NCBI GenBank assembly: GCA_963737655.1
Contig: CAVTTN010000002.1
Span: forward strand, 512,001 to 576,000
DNA length: 64,000 nt
Source of the DNA: an uncultured Planctomycetota bacterium
Lineage (GTDB): Bacteria > Planctomycetota > Planctomycetia > Isosphaerales > Isosphaeraceae
Direction: 5' to 3'
Below, piece by piece: positions 42,890 to 53,354 of this stretch. The position numbers and the translations under genes are program-made. Every line of letters starts with the position of its first letter. The stretch's first letter is position 1. The notes under the pieces were generated by a model that saw nothing but the letters and a program-made list of their open reading frames with translations, was not told the origin of the DNA and ran no database searches.

Positions 42890-43576
42890 CTACTCGTCCT
42901 CGACGCCCTGCTCGTCGAACCACCGGGCCAGCCCCGCCTCCAATATGGTCATCGCCTCGGCCAGGGTCTCGGGAATGTCGTCTTCGAAGTCCATCCCGCC
43001 GTAGCCGATCGCCCGCACGACGAACCCGAAGCTCTGCTGATCGCCGATCTCGATGTATCCGTAGCCCCGGACGTACCGGGCGATGGCAGGGAACGTCGCC
43101 TCGACCTTCGACTGGGCCGAGGTCGGCTTGACCATCCCGGCCTTCTTCTCGTCCCGCTGCCGCCGGAGGTATGCCCGATACTCTGCCTCGATGGCGGGCA
43201 GACCACGTTTCACCGAGACTTCGACGCCGACTCCGATCTCTTCCAGATGGGGGAAGAGTTCCCGCCACTGGTGGTGCCCCCGAAGGCGGACGAGCCAGGG
43301 ACGGCGGGCGTTGCCGTCCAGCGGACGCTTCATGGCGTTGGCCAGGAGCATGGCGAGGTCGTTGACCGAGGGCCTGCCGTGGACGGGCAAGTCGGCCAGG
43401 AGCGAGCCGTCTTCCGTGACGACCATCCCGAGGTAGTGCGTCGTGTTCTGCATGATCGGCCTGGGCAACGCCTGGAAGTCGGCCTCCCAGATGTCGCCGC
43501 CCTCGGGGAGCCGTTTCAAGCGACTCTTGACGAACGCCACGCCCTTGCCCAGCTTGAGCCTCTCCTCTCCGGCCAC
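42890..43576 (-). CDS. hypothetical protein
   Basis: GTG after GAGGAGGA; 228 aa; tightly packed in the gene string. Confidence 0.7.
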   Translation of the reverse strand: MAGEERLKLGKGVAFVKSRLKRLPEGGDIWEADFQALPRPIMQNTTHYLGMVVTEDGSLLADLPVHGRPSVNDLAMLLANAMKRPLDGNARRPWLVRLRGHHQWRELFPHLEEIGVGVEVSVKRGLPAIEAEYRAYLRRQRDEKKAGMVKPTSAQSKVEATFPAIARYVRGYGYIEIGDQQSFGFVVRAIGYGGMDFEDDIPETLAEAMTILEAGLARWFDEQGVEDE

Positions 43577-43578
43577 GA

Positions 43579-43938
43579 TCAATCCTCCTCGACGGCATCC
43601 CGTTCCGCCATGAAGTCGGACTCGTCGCCCTGGTGGAAGAAGATCATCCCCTTGAGCCGTTCGCCGTCCAGGACGGCCCATCCTCGGCCCTGGGCCGGGT
43701 CCATCTCGTCGTTCCCGTCCCAGGAGAATTCGACGGCGGGTTGCCCATCTCGCAGGACATCCCGATAGTCGATGCCGCCCCGGACGTAGCCGAAATGGAA
43801 CTCACCCCTCTGTCCCGGCTCGAACTCGATGAACGCCCGAACCTCCTCGTTGACGTAATCCTCGTCCCAGTTGCTCATCGAGGCGATGTGCCAGCGGCCA
43901 AGGAAGGGTGAGTTGGGCTTGGGTTTCTTCTTGGCCAT
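43579..43938 (-). CDS. hypothetical beta-barrel-like protein
   Basis: FLGRWHI, GEFHFG, EFSWDGNDEMDPAQGRGWA, FFHQGDES; GAGGA RBS. Confidence 0.75.
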   Translation of the reverse strand: MAKKKPKPNSPFLGRWHIASMSNWDEDYVNEEVRAFIEFEPGQRGEFHFGYVRGGIDYRDVLRDGQPAVEFSWDGNDEMDPAQGRGWAVLDGERLKGMIFFHQGDESDFMAERDAVEED

Positions 43939-43941
43939 CGT

Positions 43942-44622
43942 CTATCCTCGGTCTTCTCCCGCCAACGCCCTCTTCAAGGGGCATTCCTCCCCGACCGTCT
44001 CACCACGACGATAGCGGGCCAGCAAATCCTGAGAGCGTCGGGCGAGCATCCGACGGACCTCACGACGCTTGCCCTTGACCCTCGGGATCGTCATCCCATC
44101 GTAGCCGGTCGTCTGGTGACGCATCCAGGCGATCACGGCAGCCTCGGCCCGCCGCTCGACTGGGATTCGCTCGGTCCTGGCGACCGTGCCGCTCCCGACC
44201 GGCGTTGCGTGTGTCGTAACGGCCTTTGCCACCCGGTCGGACAGGTCGGCGTGGGCGGGATGGAAGGCGAGAAACGTCACAACCGCCCCGTGGAAGTCCT
44301 CGACGTACTCGGCCTGGGCCTTCTCACGACGCCGGGCAGCGACCTCCTGCTTCTTGGCGTAGCCCTCGGTGGACCGCTCGGCTTCGAGTTCGACCCGAAG
44401 TCTGTCGATGGTTGCCGACGCCGCCCAGATGCCTCTGGAGAACATCCTCCTCCCTACCTTCTCCTGGACGACCCAATGATCCCCGGCGGCTTTCACCCGC
44501 CTCGTCAGCCCGGCGTCTCCGGGCGGCAGGAGCGTCCAGCCGTCCGGGACGGTGAGAATCTTTCCGTCGGTTTTACGGACGGTATTCGGGGTCGGGCCGG
44601 GGCCGAATGTGTTGTCTTCCAT
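43942..44622 (-). CDS. DUF2293 family protein
   Basis: LLPPGDAGLTRRVK, HATPVGSGTVART, AAVIAWMRHQTTGYD. Confidence 0.85.
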   Translation of the reverse strand: MEDNTFGPGPTPNTVRKTDGKILTVPDGWTLLPPGDAGLTRRVKAAGDHWVVQEKVGRRMFSRGIWAASATIDRLRVELEAERSTEGYAKKQEVAARRREKAQAEYVEDFHGAVVTFLAFHPAHADLSDRVAKAVTTHATPVGSGTVARTERIPVERRAEAAVIAWMRHQTTGYDGMTIPRVKGKRREVRRMLARRSQDLLARYRRGETVGEECPLKRALAGEDRG

Positions 44623-44717
44623 ATGCTCTCGAATTCTCCATCCCACCGACTGATGCACCCCGCACGCCCCGTCGCTCCTTCATCGTTCTGCCCAGCGACT
44701 CGAACAAGCTCAGGGGC

Positions 44718-45332
44718 TCACTTCATGGCCCGGCCACGATACATCGTCCCGTGCGTCCTCGGCAGCCCACCCATCTCGAACCGATCCACCTCGACCTGCC
44801 CGAACGGCTGGCCCCGGACGACGGCCTCGACGTCCAGGTCCAGGCGGCATCCATCGGCCAGGAACCGTTCGATCGGGTTGAGCCGACGTTGCCACATCTG
44901 GACCTTGGGTTCTTCGCTCTGGCCGTGCTCCAGGAAGACGAACCGCCCGCCCGGCCTCAGGACCCGGTAGACCTCGCCCAGGGCACGCCCGACGTCGGGG
45001 ATGCTGCACAGGGTCCAGGTGCTCACGACGCAATCGAACGTTCCGTCCTCGAAGGGCAAGGATTCACCGCCCGAGGCCCGCTGATCCACCTCGATGCCGC
45101 TGCTTGCGATCCGCTTCGCCGCCAGCTTGTTCATGCCGGGATTGGGATCGACCGTCGTGATCCTGCGGACGTGCTCGGGATAGTGTGCCAGGTTCAGGCC
45201 GGTGCCGAAGCCGACCTCCAGGAGGTCGCCGCCCACGTCGGCCAGGGCGTCCTTGCGGAGTTCGGTCAGGACGGGCAGGCCCATGAGCCGGTCGCAGAGC
45301 CGTGGGAAGATATGCCGGGAGTAGAAGCCCAT
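44718..45332 (-). CDS. class I SAM-dependent methyltransferase
   Basis: LEVGFGTG, LPFEDGTFDCVV, RVLRPGG, FLEHG. Confidence 0.92.
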   Translation of the reverse strand: MGFYSRHIFPRLCDRLMGLPVLTELRKDALADVGGDLLEVGFGTGLNLAHYPEHVRRITTVDPNPGMNKLAAKRIASSGIEVDQRASGGESLPFEDGTFDCVVSTWTLCSIPDVGRALGEVYRVLRPGGRFVFLEHGQSEEPKVQMWQRRLNPIERFLADGCRLDLDVEAVVRGQPFGQVEVDRFEMGGLPRTHGTMYRGRAMK

Positions 45333-45377
45333 CGTCTGTACCGTCCCTTCGAGTCAGCGAGCAAGCGGACCGGGGGC

Positions 45378-45845
45378 TTATTTCACCTTGAACGACACCA
45401 GGGTCACGTCGATCGGGGCGTCCGACTTCGAGAACTCATCGAGCATCATTGACTTCGCCCGCTCCCGGTCGAACCCGCCCGAACCGGCCCCGAGCAGGGG
45501 GAAGGCGATGGACCGGAAGCCGTGCTGCCGTGCCAGGTCCAGGGCGTTGCGGACGGAATCCCGGATCGACCGCTCGGACGCCCTCCAGAGCGAGTTGATC
45601 CCGGCGACGTGGATGATCGCCCTGAAGGGCAACCGCCCCGCCGAGGTCAGCACGGCCCCGCCGAGCGGAATCGGGCCGAGCTTGCCAAGTTCCCGGAACG
45701 GGCCTGTCCCGCCCCGCCTCTTGATCGCCCCGGAGACTCCCTGGGGCAGGAGCAGCCACCACGGGATCACGTTCCGGTTCCAGGCGTTGACGATCACCTC
45801 GACGTGCTGGTCCAGGAGGTTGCCCTCGACGACGACGGCGTTCAT
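45378..45845 (-). CDS. macro domain protein (ADP-ribose binding/hydrolase fold)
   Basis: VEGNLL, VIVNAWN, GVSGAI, TSAGRL, IIHVAG, SIAFPLLGAGSGG. Confidence 0.9.
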   Translation of the reverse strand: MNAVVVEGNLLDQHVEVIVNAWNRNVIPWWLLLPQGVSGAIKRRGGTGPFRELGKLGPIPLGGAVLTSAGRLPFRAIIHVAGINSLWRASERSIRDSVRNALDLARQHGFRSIAFPLLGAGSGGFDRERAKSMMLDEFSKSDAPIDVTLVSFKVK

Positions 45846-46149
45846 GAGGTTTCCGGCCTTCCCTGCCTCGAATCCGCACGGGTAAGACGACTGTGCGTTC
45901 GTCCCGGACATGGCCCGTGTTTAACGTGAACGAGAGACCGCCGCCGAGGAGGAGACCACATCGGCGTCCGGGTCCCTCCATGATACGGACTTCCCGAACT
46001 CAGGATCGCACCCTACCATGACCCGGAAGGCGTTGAAGCGATTTCCGAGGATCGCACTTTCGCCCCCGCTGAGCGGGTAGCTATCATCGCCCTCGAACGA
46101 TCCCGACGGTCCTTCGAGAGATCATGAACCTGCGGGATGGAGAAGGCTG

Positions 46150-46881
46150 ATGTACGAGAAAAAGGTAGCCCCGATCACCGGGGCGAACAAAGGGATCGGG
46201 TTCGAGATCGGTCGTCAACTCGGCAAGCTCGGCTTCACCGTCGTCCTCGCCGCCCGTGACGAGGCCAAGGTCAACGCCGCCGCCCACCGGCTCCGGGGCG
46301 AGGGCCTGGACGTCCAGGGGGTCGTGCTCGACGTCACGGACCCCGCCACCTCCGAAGCCGCCGCCCGATGGCTCGATAGGCGATACGGTCGCCTCGACGT
46401 CCTGGTCAATAACGCCGGGATCAGCCAGGAATTCGCCGGGCACACGAGGCCGTCGGATCTGGACCTGGGGACTTTGAAGGCGACCTACGAGACCAATTTC
46501 TTCGGGGCTTTCGCCGTCATCAAGGCGTTCCTGCCCCTGCTGAGGAAGTCCTCATCGGCCCGGATCATCAACCAGTCCTCGACGCTGGGCTCGCTCGGCA
46601 TCCTCAGCGACCCAGGCGGGGCGTGGTACGGCGTCAACCTGCTGGCCTACAACTCGTCGAAGTCGGCGTTGAACGGCCTGACGGTGGCCTTCGCCAAGGA
46701 CCTCGCCGGGGACCGGATCTCGGTGAACTCGACCTGCCCCGGCTGGGTCAAGACCGACATGGGCTCCGACGCCGCCCCACGCTCGGTCGAGCAGGGAGCG
46801 GCCATCGCCGTGAAGCTGGCGACGATGGACGACCCGCCGACCGGGAAGTACCTGGACGACAACGGCGAGATCCCCTGGTAG
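46150..46881 (+). CDS. SDR family oxidoreductase (carbonyl-reductase-like)
   Basis: TGANKGIG, LVNNAGI, YNSSK, CPGWVKTDMG. Confidence 0.93.
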   Translation: MYEKKVAPITGANKGIGFEIGRQLGKLGFTVVLAARDEAKVNAAAHRLRGEGLDVQGVVLDVTDPATSEAAARWLDRRYGRLDVLVNNAGISQEFAGHTRPSDLDLGTLKATYETNFFGAFAVIKAFLPLLRKSSSARIINQSSTLGSLGILSDPGGAWYGVNLLAYNSSKSALNGLTVAFAKDLAGDRISVNSTCPGWVKTDMGSDAAPRSVEQGAAIAVKLATMDDPPTGKYLDDNGEIPW

Positions 46882-46904
46882 CGGGTGGTTGGCCGAGGAC
46901 TTCT

Positions 46905-47771
46905 TCATGATGCGAAGAAGCCCAGGAGTTGATCGACGAGGTACTCGGGCCGCTCCTCGGCCACCCAATGGCCGCACTCCGGGATGACCCCGCCACGCAC
47001 GTCATCGGCCACGGCCCCGTAGAGCTTCTTCGTGATCTCGCCCAGCGACAACTCACCGCCGAGGGCCAGGACCGGCAGCTTGAGCTTCGTACTCGCCCAT
47101 TCGGCCACCTGCCGGGCATCCTCGGGGAAGGCCCGGTAATGGGCGAACCCGGCACGTAACCCGCCGGGAGCTGAGTAGCAGCGGACGTACTCGGCGATCT
47201 CCTCCTCGCCGATCGCCGCCTTGTTGTAGGCGAAGGTCTTGTAGAACCACGTCAGGTACGTCCGCTCCCGCCCCGCCACGAGGGCCTCCGGCACGTCGGG
47301 GGCCTGGTGGAACATGAAGTGCCAGAGCATGTGGTTGAGGTCGTCCACCCCCTCGACCTTCACACCCAAGAGCGGGGCATCCACGACCGCCAGTGCCCTG
47401 ACATCACCCGGCCACCGGGCGGCATAGGCGTAGGCGACGGGGCCTCCGAGGTCGTGCCCGACCAGACGGATCGGACCAAGCCCGAGATGCTCGACGAGCC
47501 CACGGATGTCGCCCGATAGCGTGCGTAGGTCATAGCCGGTCTCCGGCCTGGAAGAGTCGCCCAGGCCCCGCAGGTCGGGGGCGATGACCGTGTAGCGCCC
47601 GGCCAGGGCGGGCATTAACCGTCGCCACTCGAACCACGTCTGGGGCCAGCCGTGCAGCAGGACCACGGGATCGCCTTCGCCGCCGATGACGTAGTGGACC
47701 TGAACGTCGTCGAGTCGGCAGACGTGGTGGGCGAATCTCTCGGAGAACGGCATGTCGGCGTCCTCGGTCAT
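46905..47771 (-). CDS. alpha/beta hydrolase (epoxide hydrolase/dehalogenase-like)
   Basis: LLHGWP, APDLRGLG, GHDLGG nucleophile elbow, CGHWVAEE. Confidence 0.93.
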   Translation of the reverse strand: MTEDADMPFSERFAHHVCRLDDVQVHYVIGGEGDPVVLLHGWPQTWFEWRRLMPALAGRYTVIAPDLRGLGDSSRPETGYDLRTLSGDIRGLVEHLGLGPIRLVGHDLGGPVAYAYAARWPGDVRALAVVDAPLLGVKVEGVDDLNHMLWHFMFHQAPDVPEALVAGRERTYLTWFYKTFAYNKAAIGEEEIAEYVRCYSAPGGLRAGFAHYRAFPEDARQVAEWASTKLKLPVLALGGELSLGEITKKLYGAVADDVRGGVIPECGHWVAEERPEYLVDQLLGFFAS

Positions 47772-47847
47772 GTCGGACTCCCCCTCATCGAGCCCCGGCA
47801 TCCGGGGGCATCCGCCTCAACCGCAGCCCGGCCCACCCGTCGCACCG

Positions 47848-48329
47848 CTAGCCGTTGGGCCGGATCTCGATGCCGTACTTCGGGGCGACCGAGGCCATCT
47901 TCTCCAATTCCTGGGGCGACGGGGGCGAGGGTTTCGCCGCCGGATCGGTGACGACGGTGCCCGCCTCCTCGAACATCTTCTCCATGCCCGCCGGGGCCAC
48001 CAGGATCAGCATCCGGGCGTCCGCCTGCGTCTCGTTCTTGAAGGTGTGGAGGACGCCCCTGGGGACGTTCAGGAACGATCCCGTGCGGGCGATCACCTTC
48101 TGGCCGTCGGCGACGAAGGTGATCTCCCCCTCCAGGACGTAGAAGCCCTCGTCCTCCCGGCTCTGCTGTGCGGGGGTGGCCCGCCGCCTGGGGGCACGAC
48201 GGCCTCCCAGATAGCGTAGCTCCGGCTAGTGTCCTCCCCCTCGGACAGGAAGGTGTAGAGGTCGCCAGCGACGGCGATCTTTTTCCCCTCACCGGGCTGG
48301 ACGACCTTGGCCTCGGCATGATCGCTCAT
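47848..48329 (-). CDS. cupin protein; frameshift at ~48162
   Basis: VPPGGGPPPH in one frame; REDEGFYVLEG and VPRGVLHTFKN in the next. Confidence 0.8.
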
Positions 48330-48579
48330 CGGTCTCTTGCCCCTCGGAACAGGTTGTCGCCCTCGATTTTCCCCGACATGAGTCCCGTGGCGACAAATTT
48401 TTTGGGAAAGCTCGCCGCAGCTTACGTGCCGAGCTTCGGACTTCGGGCCGGGCAGACCGCAAAGATGCCGGGTCGTCCTGCGAACCGAACCGACCCCGAT
48501 CCTGTCCGACGGAGGAGGCTTCGTGGACAGTCGGATCGATCGTCAAGCTCGGGTGAGCCTCCCGATCGGAGGCAATTTC

Positions 48580-49032
48580 GTGGAAGCCGTGGTCTTCATA
48601 GGGCTGCAAGGGGCGGGGAAGTCCACGTTCTGCCGGGAACGCTTCTTCCACAGCCACGTCCGCATCAGCCTGGACATGCTGAAGACCCGCCATAGAGAGG
48701 GTCGTCTGCTGCGAGCCTGCGTCGAGGGCCTCCAGCCCTTCGTCGTGGACAACACGAACCCCACGAGGGCCGAGCGGGCGATATACATCGGGGCAGCACG
48801 GGATGCCGGGTTCCGGGTCGTCGGGTACTACTTCCGGTCCCGAGTCGAGGATTGCCAGCGACGGAACGAGCGGCGATCGGCGGATCAGAGGGTGCCGCTG
48901 AAGGGTATTCTCGGGACGGCGGGCAGGTTGGAACTTCCCACGTTGGACGAGGGGTTCGACGAACTCCGCTACGTCAGGATCGACGAGTCGGTTGGCTTCG
49001 TGGTCGAAGGGTGGCGTGATGAAGATCGATGA
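48580..49032 (+). CDS. P-loop polynucleotide-kinase-like protein (AAA_33)
   Basis: GGAGG RBS; IGLQGAGKST, ISLD, VVDNTN, RNERR. Confidence 0.88.
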   Translation: MEAVVFIGLQGAGKSTFCRERFFHSHVRISLDMLKTRHREGRLLRACVEGLQPFVVDNTNPTRAERAIYIGAARDAGFRVVGYYFRSRVEDCQRRNERRSADQRVPLKGILGTAGRLELPTLDEGFDELRYVRIDESVGFVVEGWRDEDR

Positions 49033-49808
49033 CCTCGATGGCCGGATGCGGGCGTTCGAGGCGGTCCTGGACCCGACGGTGCTGCCCGGCGTGTTCATGG
49101 TGGCCCGCCTGGACGGGCGGAATTTCACCCGCCTGACCAAGGAACTCCACCCTTTCGAGGCTCCCTTCGACCGGCGGTTCCACGACCACATGCTCAGGAC
49201 GACCGAGCACCTGATGAGCGGCTGCGGGGTCAAGGTCGCCTACGGCTACACGCAGAGCGACGAGATCAGCCTGCTCTTCGGGCTCGAAGCGGATGGCTTC
49301 GGGCGGCAGACTCCGCAAGCTGCTGTCGATCCTCGCTGGCGAGGCCAGTGCCCGGTTCACCCTGCTCCTGAAGGCGGCGGCGGTGTTCGACTGTCGGATC
49401 TCGCAACTCCCCTCGGTCGAGTTGGTCGTCGATTACTTCCGGTGGCGTGCCGAGGACGCCCACCGCAACGCCCTGAACGCCCATTGCTATTGGCTCTTGC
49501 GGAGGCAGGGCCGGGATGTCGGCCAGGCCACCGAGGCGTTGCGGGGGCTGTCCACGTCGGCCAAGAACGAGTTGCTCTTCCAGGGCGGCATCAACTTCAA
49601 CGACCTGCCCTCGTGGCAGAAGCGGGGTTCGGGACTGTACTGGGAGGAGTTCGAGCGGCCCGGCGAGAACCCCGTCACCGGGGAGCGGGTGGTGGCCAGG
49701 CGTCGGCGGATCTGCCACGAACTCGAACTGCCCGTGAAGGACGCCTACTCGGCGTTCCTCCGTGACCTGATCGAGAAGACGGGGGCCAGCCGTGGGCAGG
49801 TCGCATGA
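49019..49808 (+). CDS. Thg1-like protein (3'-5' RNA polymerase / tRNA-His guanylyltransferase family); +1 frameshift at ~49301
   Basis: ARLDGRNF and YTQSDEIS (catalytic Asp residues); then [36 protein letters not shown]. Confidence 0.92.
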
Positions 49809-50532
49809 GGAGTTCGTCAAGTATCCCAGGACGCCGCACCTGTTCGGCTCGAAGGGGACGGATGACGACAAGCACATGGGCGAGGCCGAGTCGTTGCGAT
49901 TCGTCGCCGACCGTTCGCTGATCGTCGAGGAGAAGATCGACGGCACGAACGTCGGCATCCACTTCGCCGCCGACGGCAAGATGGCCCTCCAGTGCCGGGG
50001 GCACCTGATCACCGAGGGGATGCATCCGCAGTACGACCTGTTCAAGCAATGGGCCGTCGTCAAGCGTCCCGTGCTCGAAGATCGGCTGGAGGATCGCTAC
50101 ATCCTGTTCGGCGAGTGGGCCTATGCCCGGCACTCGGTCCACTACCGGAGGCTCCCTCATTATTTCTTCGAATTCGACATCTTCGACAAGCAGGCCAGGG
50201 CCTTCCTCGACCTGGCACGACGCCTGGAGTTGCTCGAAGGCTCGGGAATCCAGACGGTCCCGGTGCTCCATCGAGGGGCACTCGACCGGGAACGACTCCT
50301 CGCTCTCATCGGGCCGTCCCGCTTCGACAGCCAGTTCGAGAACCCGATGACCAAACACACCGACAACCTCATGGAAGGGCTCTACCTGAGGACCGAAGCG
50401 GGCGGGTTCGTGACCGGGCGGGCCAAGGTCGTCCGGCCCGAGTTCGTGGAGAAGGTCAAGCGGAGCGAGCACTGGCAGTACCAGGCCATGAGGCCCAACC
50501 AACTCAAAGAAGGGGCGGATCTCTGGTCATGA
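49792..50532 (+). CDS. ATP-dependent RNA ligase family protein
   Basis: KYPRTPHL; nucleotidyltransferase motifs [17 protein letters not shown], IIIa FFEFDI, IV MEGLYL, V AKVV. Confidence 0.9.
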   Translation: MGRSHEEFVKYPRTPHLFGSKGTDDDKHMGEAESLRFVADRSLIVEEKIDGTNVGIHFAADGKMALQCRGHLITEGMHPQYDLFKQWAVVKRPVLEDRLEDRYILFGEWAYARHSVHYRRLPHYFFEFDIFDKQARAFLDLARRLELLEGSGIQTVPVLHRGALDRERLLALIGPSRFDSQFENPMTKHTDNLMEGLYLRTEAGGFVTGRAKVVRPEFVEKVKRSEHWQYQAMRPNQLKEGADLWS

Positions 50533-51638
50533 ACTGGGACGACCTTCGGAAAGCCACGCTCGATGACATCGTGGCCTGGGCCGGGGACCAGCCCTGGGCC
50601 GAGGTGATGGCGGCATGCGGCCAGGACGCCGGGTGGCACGCCGAGGGGGACGTCTGGACCCACACGCAGATGGTCTGCCACCAACTGCCGGAGCTTGAGG
50701 GCTGGGCGTCTCTCGCCCCTCAGGAGCGGACCGTCCTGATCTTCACGGCCCTGTTCCACGACTCGGGCAAGCCGCTCACGTCGCTGGTCGATCCGATCTC
50801 CGGGCGGATCATAACCCCCAAGCACGCCGTCAAGGGGGAACACCTCGCCCGGTCGGTCTTGCGGGACCTCGGGTGCGACCTGCCGACCCGAGAGGAGATC
50901 GCCCGGCTGGTCCGGTTCCACGGACGCCCGCCGTTCCTCCTCGAAAAGCCCGATCCGGCCCACGAGGTCGTCTCGCTCTCCTGGCTCCTCAGCAACAAGC
51001 TGCTCTACCTTTTCGCCCTCGCCGACACCCGTGGTCGCAGAACCGCCGAGATGGCCCGACCCGAGGAGAATCTCCACCTCTGGAAACTCGTCGCCGAGGA
51101 GAACGGCTGCTTCGATCGCCCGTATCCGTTCGCCAACGACCAGGCACGCTTCCTGTTCTACCGCCAGGTGGAGCCGAACCTCCACTACGTCCCCTTCGAG
51201 GACTTCCGCTGCACGGTGACGATGATGTCGGGGCTCCCCGGCTCGGGCAAGGACACCTGGCTGGCGACGAATCGCCCCGAGCTTCCCGTCGTCTCGCTCG
51301 ACGGGGTACGATCGGAACTAGACATCGAGCCGACCGACGACCAGGGCGAGGTCGTCCAGGTCGGCAGGGAACGGTGCCGGGAATTCCTCCGCTCGGGCCG
51401 GTCGTTCGCCTTCAACGCCACCAGCCTGCTGCGTCTAACCAGGCAACGCTGGATCGACCTGTTCGCCGACTACCAGGCCCGGATCGAGATCGTCTACGTC
51501 GAACCCCCCTTGTCGAGCATCCTCGCCCGGAACAACAGGCGGAGGAATCCTGTCCCCGAGAAGGTCATCCGAGGGCTTGCGGCCAGGTGCGAACCCCCGA
51601 CGATGACCGAGGCTCATGGATTGTCGATGAGTGATTGA
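50529..51638 (+). CDS. HD phosphoesterase - polynucleotide kinase fusion (HD-Pnk-like)
   Basis: [23 protein letters not shown] residues; C-terminal [17 protein letters not shown]. Confidence 0.88.
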   Translation: MNWDDLRKATLDDIVAWAGDQPWAEVMAACGQDAGWHAEGDVWTHTQMVCHQLPELEGWASLAPQERTVLIFTALFHDSGKPLTSLVDPISGRIITPKHAVKGEHLARSVLRDLGCDLPTREEIARLVRFHGRPPFLLEKPDPAHEVVSLSWLLSNKLLYLFALADTRGRRTAEMARPEENLHLWKLVAEENGCFDRPYPFANDQARFLFYRQVEPNLHYVPFEDFRCTVTMMSGLPGSGKDTWLATNRPELPVVSLDGVRSELDIEPTDDQGEVVQVGRERCREFLRSGRSFAFNATSLLRLTRQRWIDLFADYQARIEIVYVEPPLSSILARNNRRRNPVPEKVIRGLAARCEPPTMTEAHGLSMSD

Positions 51639-51707
51639 TAAACCCGATCGCCAGCGAATGGATGTCATTCATACGGCATCGTAAATGTGCTTCGCAACGA
51701 GGACACG

Positions 51708-52271
51708 ATGGGCAAGGTCTACGGGCGGTTGGACGACAAGCTGGTCGAGTTCATAGGGCGGCAGCACGTGTTCTTCGTCGGCACGGCACCGGATGCCCCC
51801 GACGGCCATCTGAATATCTCGCCCAAGGGGTTGGATACCTTCCGCATCCTCGGGCCGAACTCGGTGGCCTACCTCGACCTGACCGGCAGCGGGATCGAGA
51901 CGGTCGCCCACCTCAGGCAGAACGGGAGGATCACGATCCTGTTCTGCGCCCTCGAAGGCAGACCGCTCGTCGTGAGGCTCTACGGGAGGGGCGGGGTCGT
52001 GGAGCCCTGCGACCCGGAGTGGGGTGGCCTGATCGCCGAGTTCCCCGAATATCCCGGTGTCCGCTCAGTCATCGTCGTAGACGTCGAGCGGATCGCCGAC
52101 TCGTGCGGCTACGCCGTGCCCCTCTACGAGTATAAAGGCGAGCGGTCGCAGTTGATCGCCTACGCCGAACGGAATGGGCCGAAGGGCATGGAGGCGTACA
52201 AGGCCCAGAAGAACAGGTCGAGCATCGACGGAATCGCCGGGTTGCGGTCGGCGGGGGGAGACGAGCGATGA
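51708..52271 (+). CDS. pyridoxamine 5'-phosphate oxidase-like FMN-binding protein
   Basis: FFVGTAP, NISPKG, YLDLTGSGIET, RITILFCA, SCGYAVP. Confidence 0.9.
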   Translation: MGKVYGRLDDKLVEFIGRQHVFFVGTAPDAPDGHLNISPKGLDTFRILGPNSVAYLDLTGSGIETVAHLRQNGRITILFCALEGRPLVVRLYGRGGVVEPCDPEWGGLIAEFPEYPGVRSVIVVDVERIADSCGYAVPLYEYKGERSQLIAYAERNGPKGMEAYKAQKNRSSIDGIAGLRSAGGDER

Positions 52272-52780
52272 GTCCGAGCGACTCGACGATCAGGGTGGTG
52301 GACGCCGGTGGCGAGGCGAGCCTGGGACTTGTCGAGCACCTGTTCCGGTCGTATGCCGCTGAATTCGCCGCATCGATCGCCGAGACGCTCTGCTTCCAGG
52401 GCTTCGATGCCGAGGTCGCCGGTCTTCCGGGCCGATACGCCCCGCCGTCCGGGTGCCTGATCCTGGCGATCGATGGGGACATCGCCGCCGGGTGCGTGGC
52501 AATGCGGGACCTCGGCAACGGCACATGCGAGATGAAGCGACTCTACGTCACACCCGAATATCGTGGCCGGGGCCTGGGCAGGTCCCTGGTCGAGAAGGTC
52601 GTCCGCAGGGCCGAGCGGATGGGCTACCGTCGGATGGTGCTGGACACGATGCCCGAGATGGCCGGGGCCGTCGCCCTCTACCGGGCCTGCGGGTTCGTTG
52701 TGACCGCTCCCTATTGGGATCATCCGGCGGGGCGGGCCGTCTTCATGGAGAGGGCGCTCAGCGGAATTCGGCCATCCTGA
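52268..52780 (+). CDS. GNAT N-acetyltransferase
   Basis: LCFQGFDAE, CEMKRLYV, RGRGLG, LDT, ALYRACGF. Confidence 0.92.
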   Translation: MSPSDSTIRVVDAGGEASLGLVEHLFRSYAAEFAASIAETLCFQGFDAEVAGLPGRYAPPSGCLILAIDGDIAAGCVAMRDLGNGTCEMKRLYVTPEYRGRGLGRSLVEKVVRRAERMGYRRMVLDTMPEMAGAVALYRACGFVVTAPYWDHPAGRAVFMERALSGIRPS

Positions 52781-53354
52781 GAGTTGCCCTACGAGGAGGT
52801 GGGGTGATCGATACGACCTGAGAGGCAGACGGGCTCAGGAAGGCGCACAGTCAGAATTGATTCATGACCTCAGGCAATATAATTCCCTTTCATGAGTGGT
52901 GGCCAGTCGCCAAGAGGAACTGTACTACATATTTATCTATTGATTGATTTTTTGATTACGTAAGATTTGGCAAACGAGTCGTGACCGGAGCGGCCAGCCA
53001 ATCGAAGTCTGAGGGCATGTGCGGGCTGTGAGTGCGGCGGTCGTGTATGTCCAACAAACGACCTAGCACAGGTCCGCTGAGGGGGTGGTCCTGGGCAAAA
53101 ATGTCACCCGCCGATTCAGGTTGTGAAATCAAACTTGAACCCCATCGTGGCGAAGGGCTCTCTCCTACTACGTGACCCTGATGATCTCGTAGATGGTGTT
53201 GCTCACCCGAGCAGATTCGCCCTCTCTACACGAAAGGAAATTCCTGGGAGATCGGCCTTCCACGTTGGATTTTGCAAGGTAAGATCACATCCCAGTCGGA
53301 CCGAGTGAGTCCGGCCAAGTGGTCGATGAAGACCACGAAAGATGAACTCCGTGA

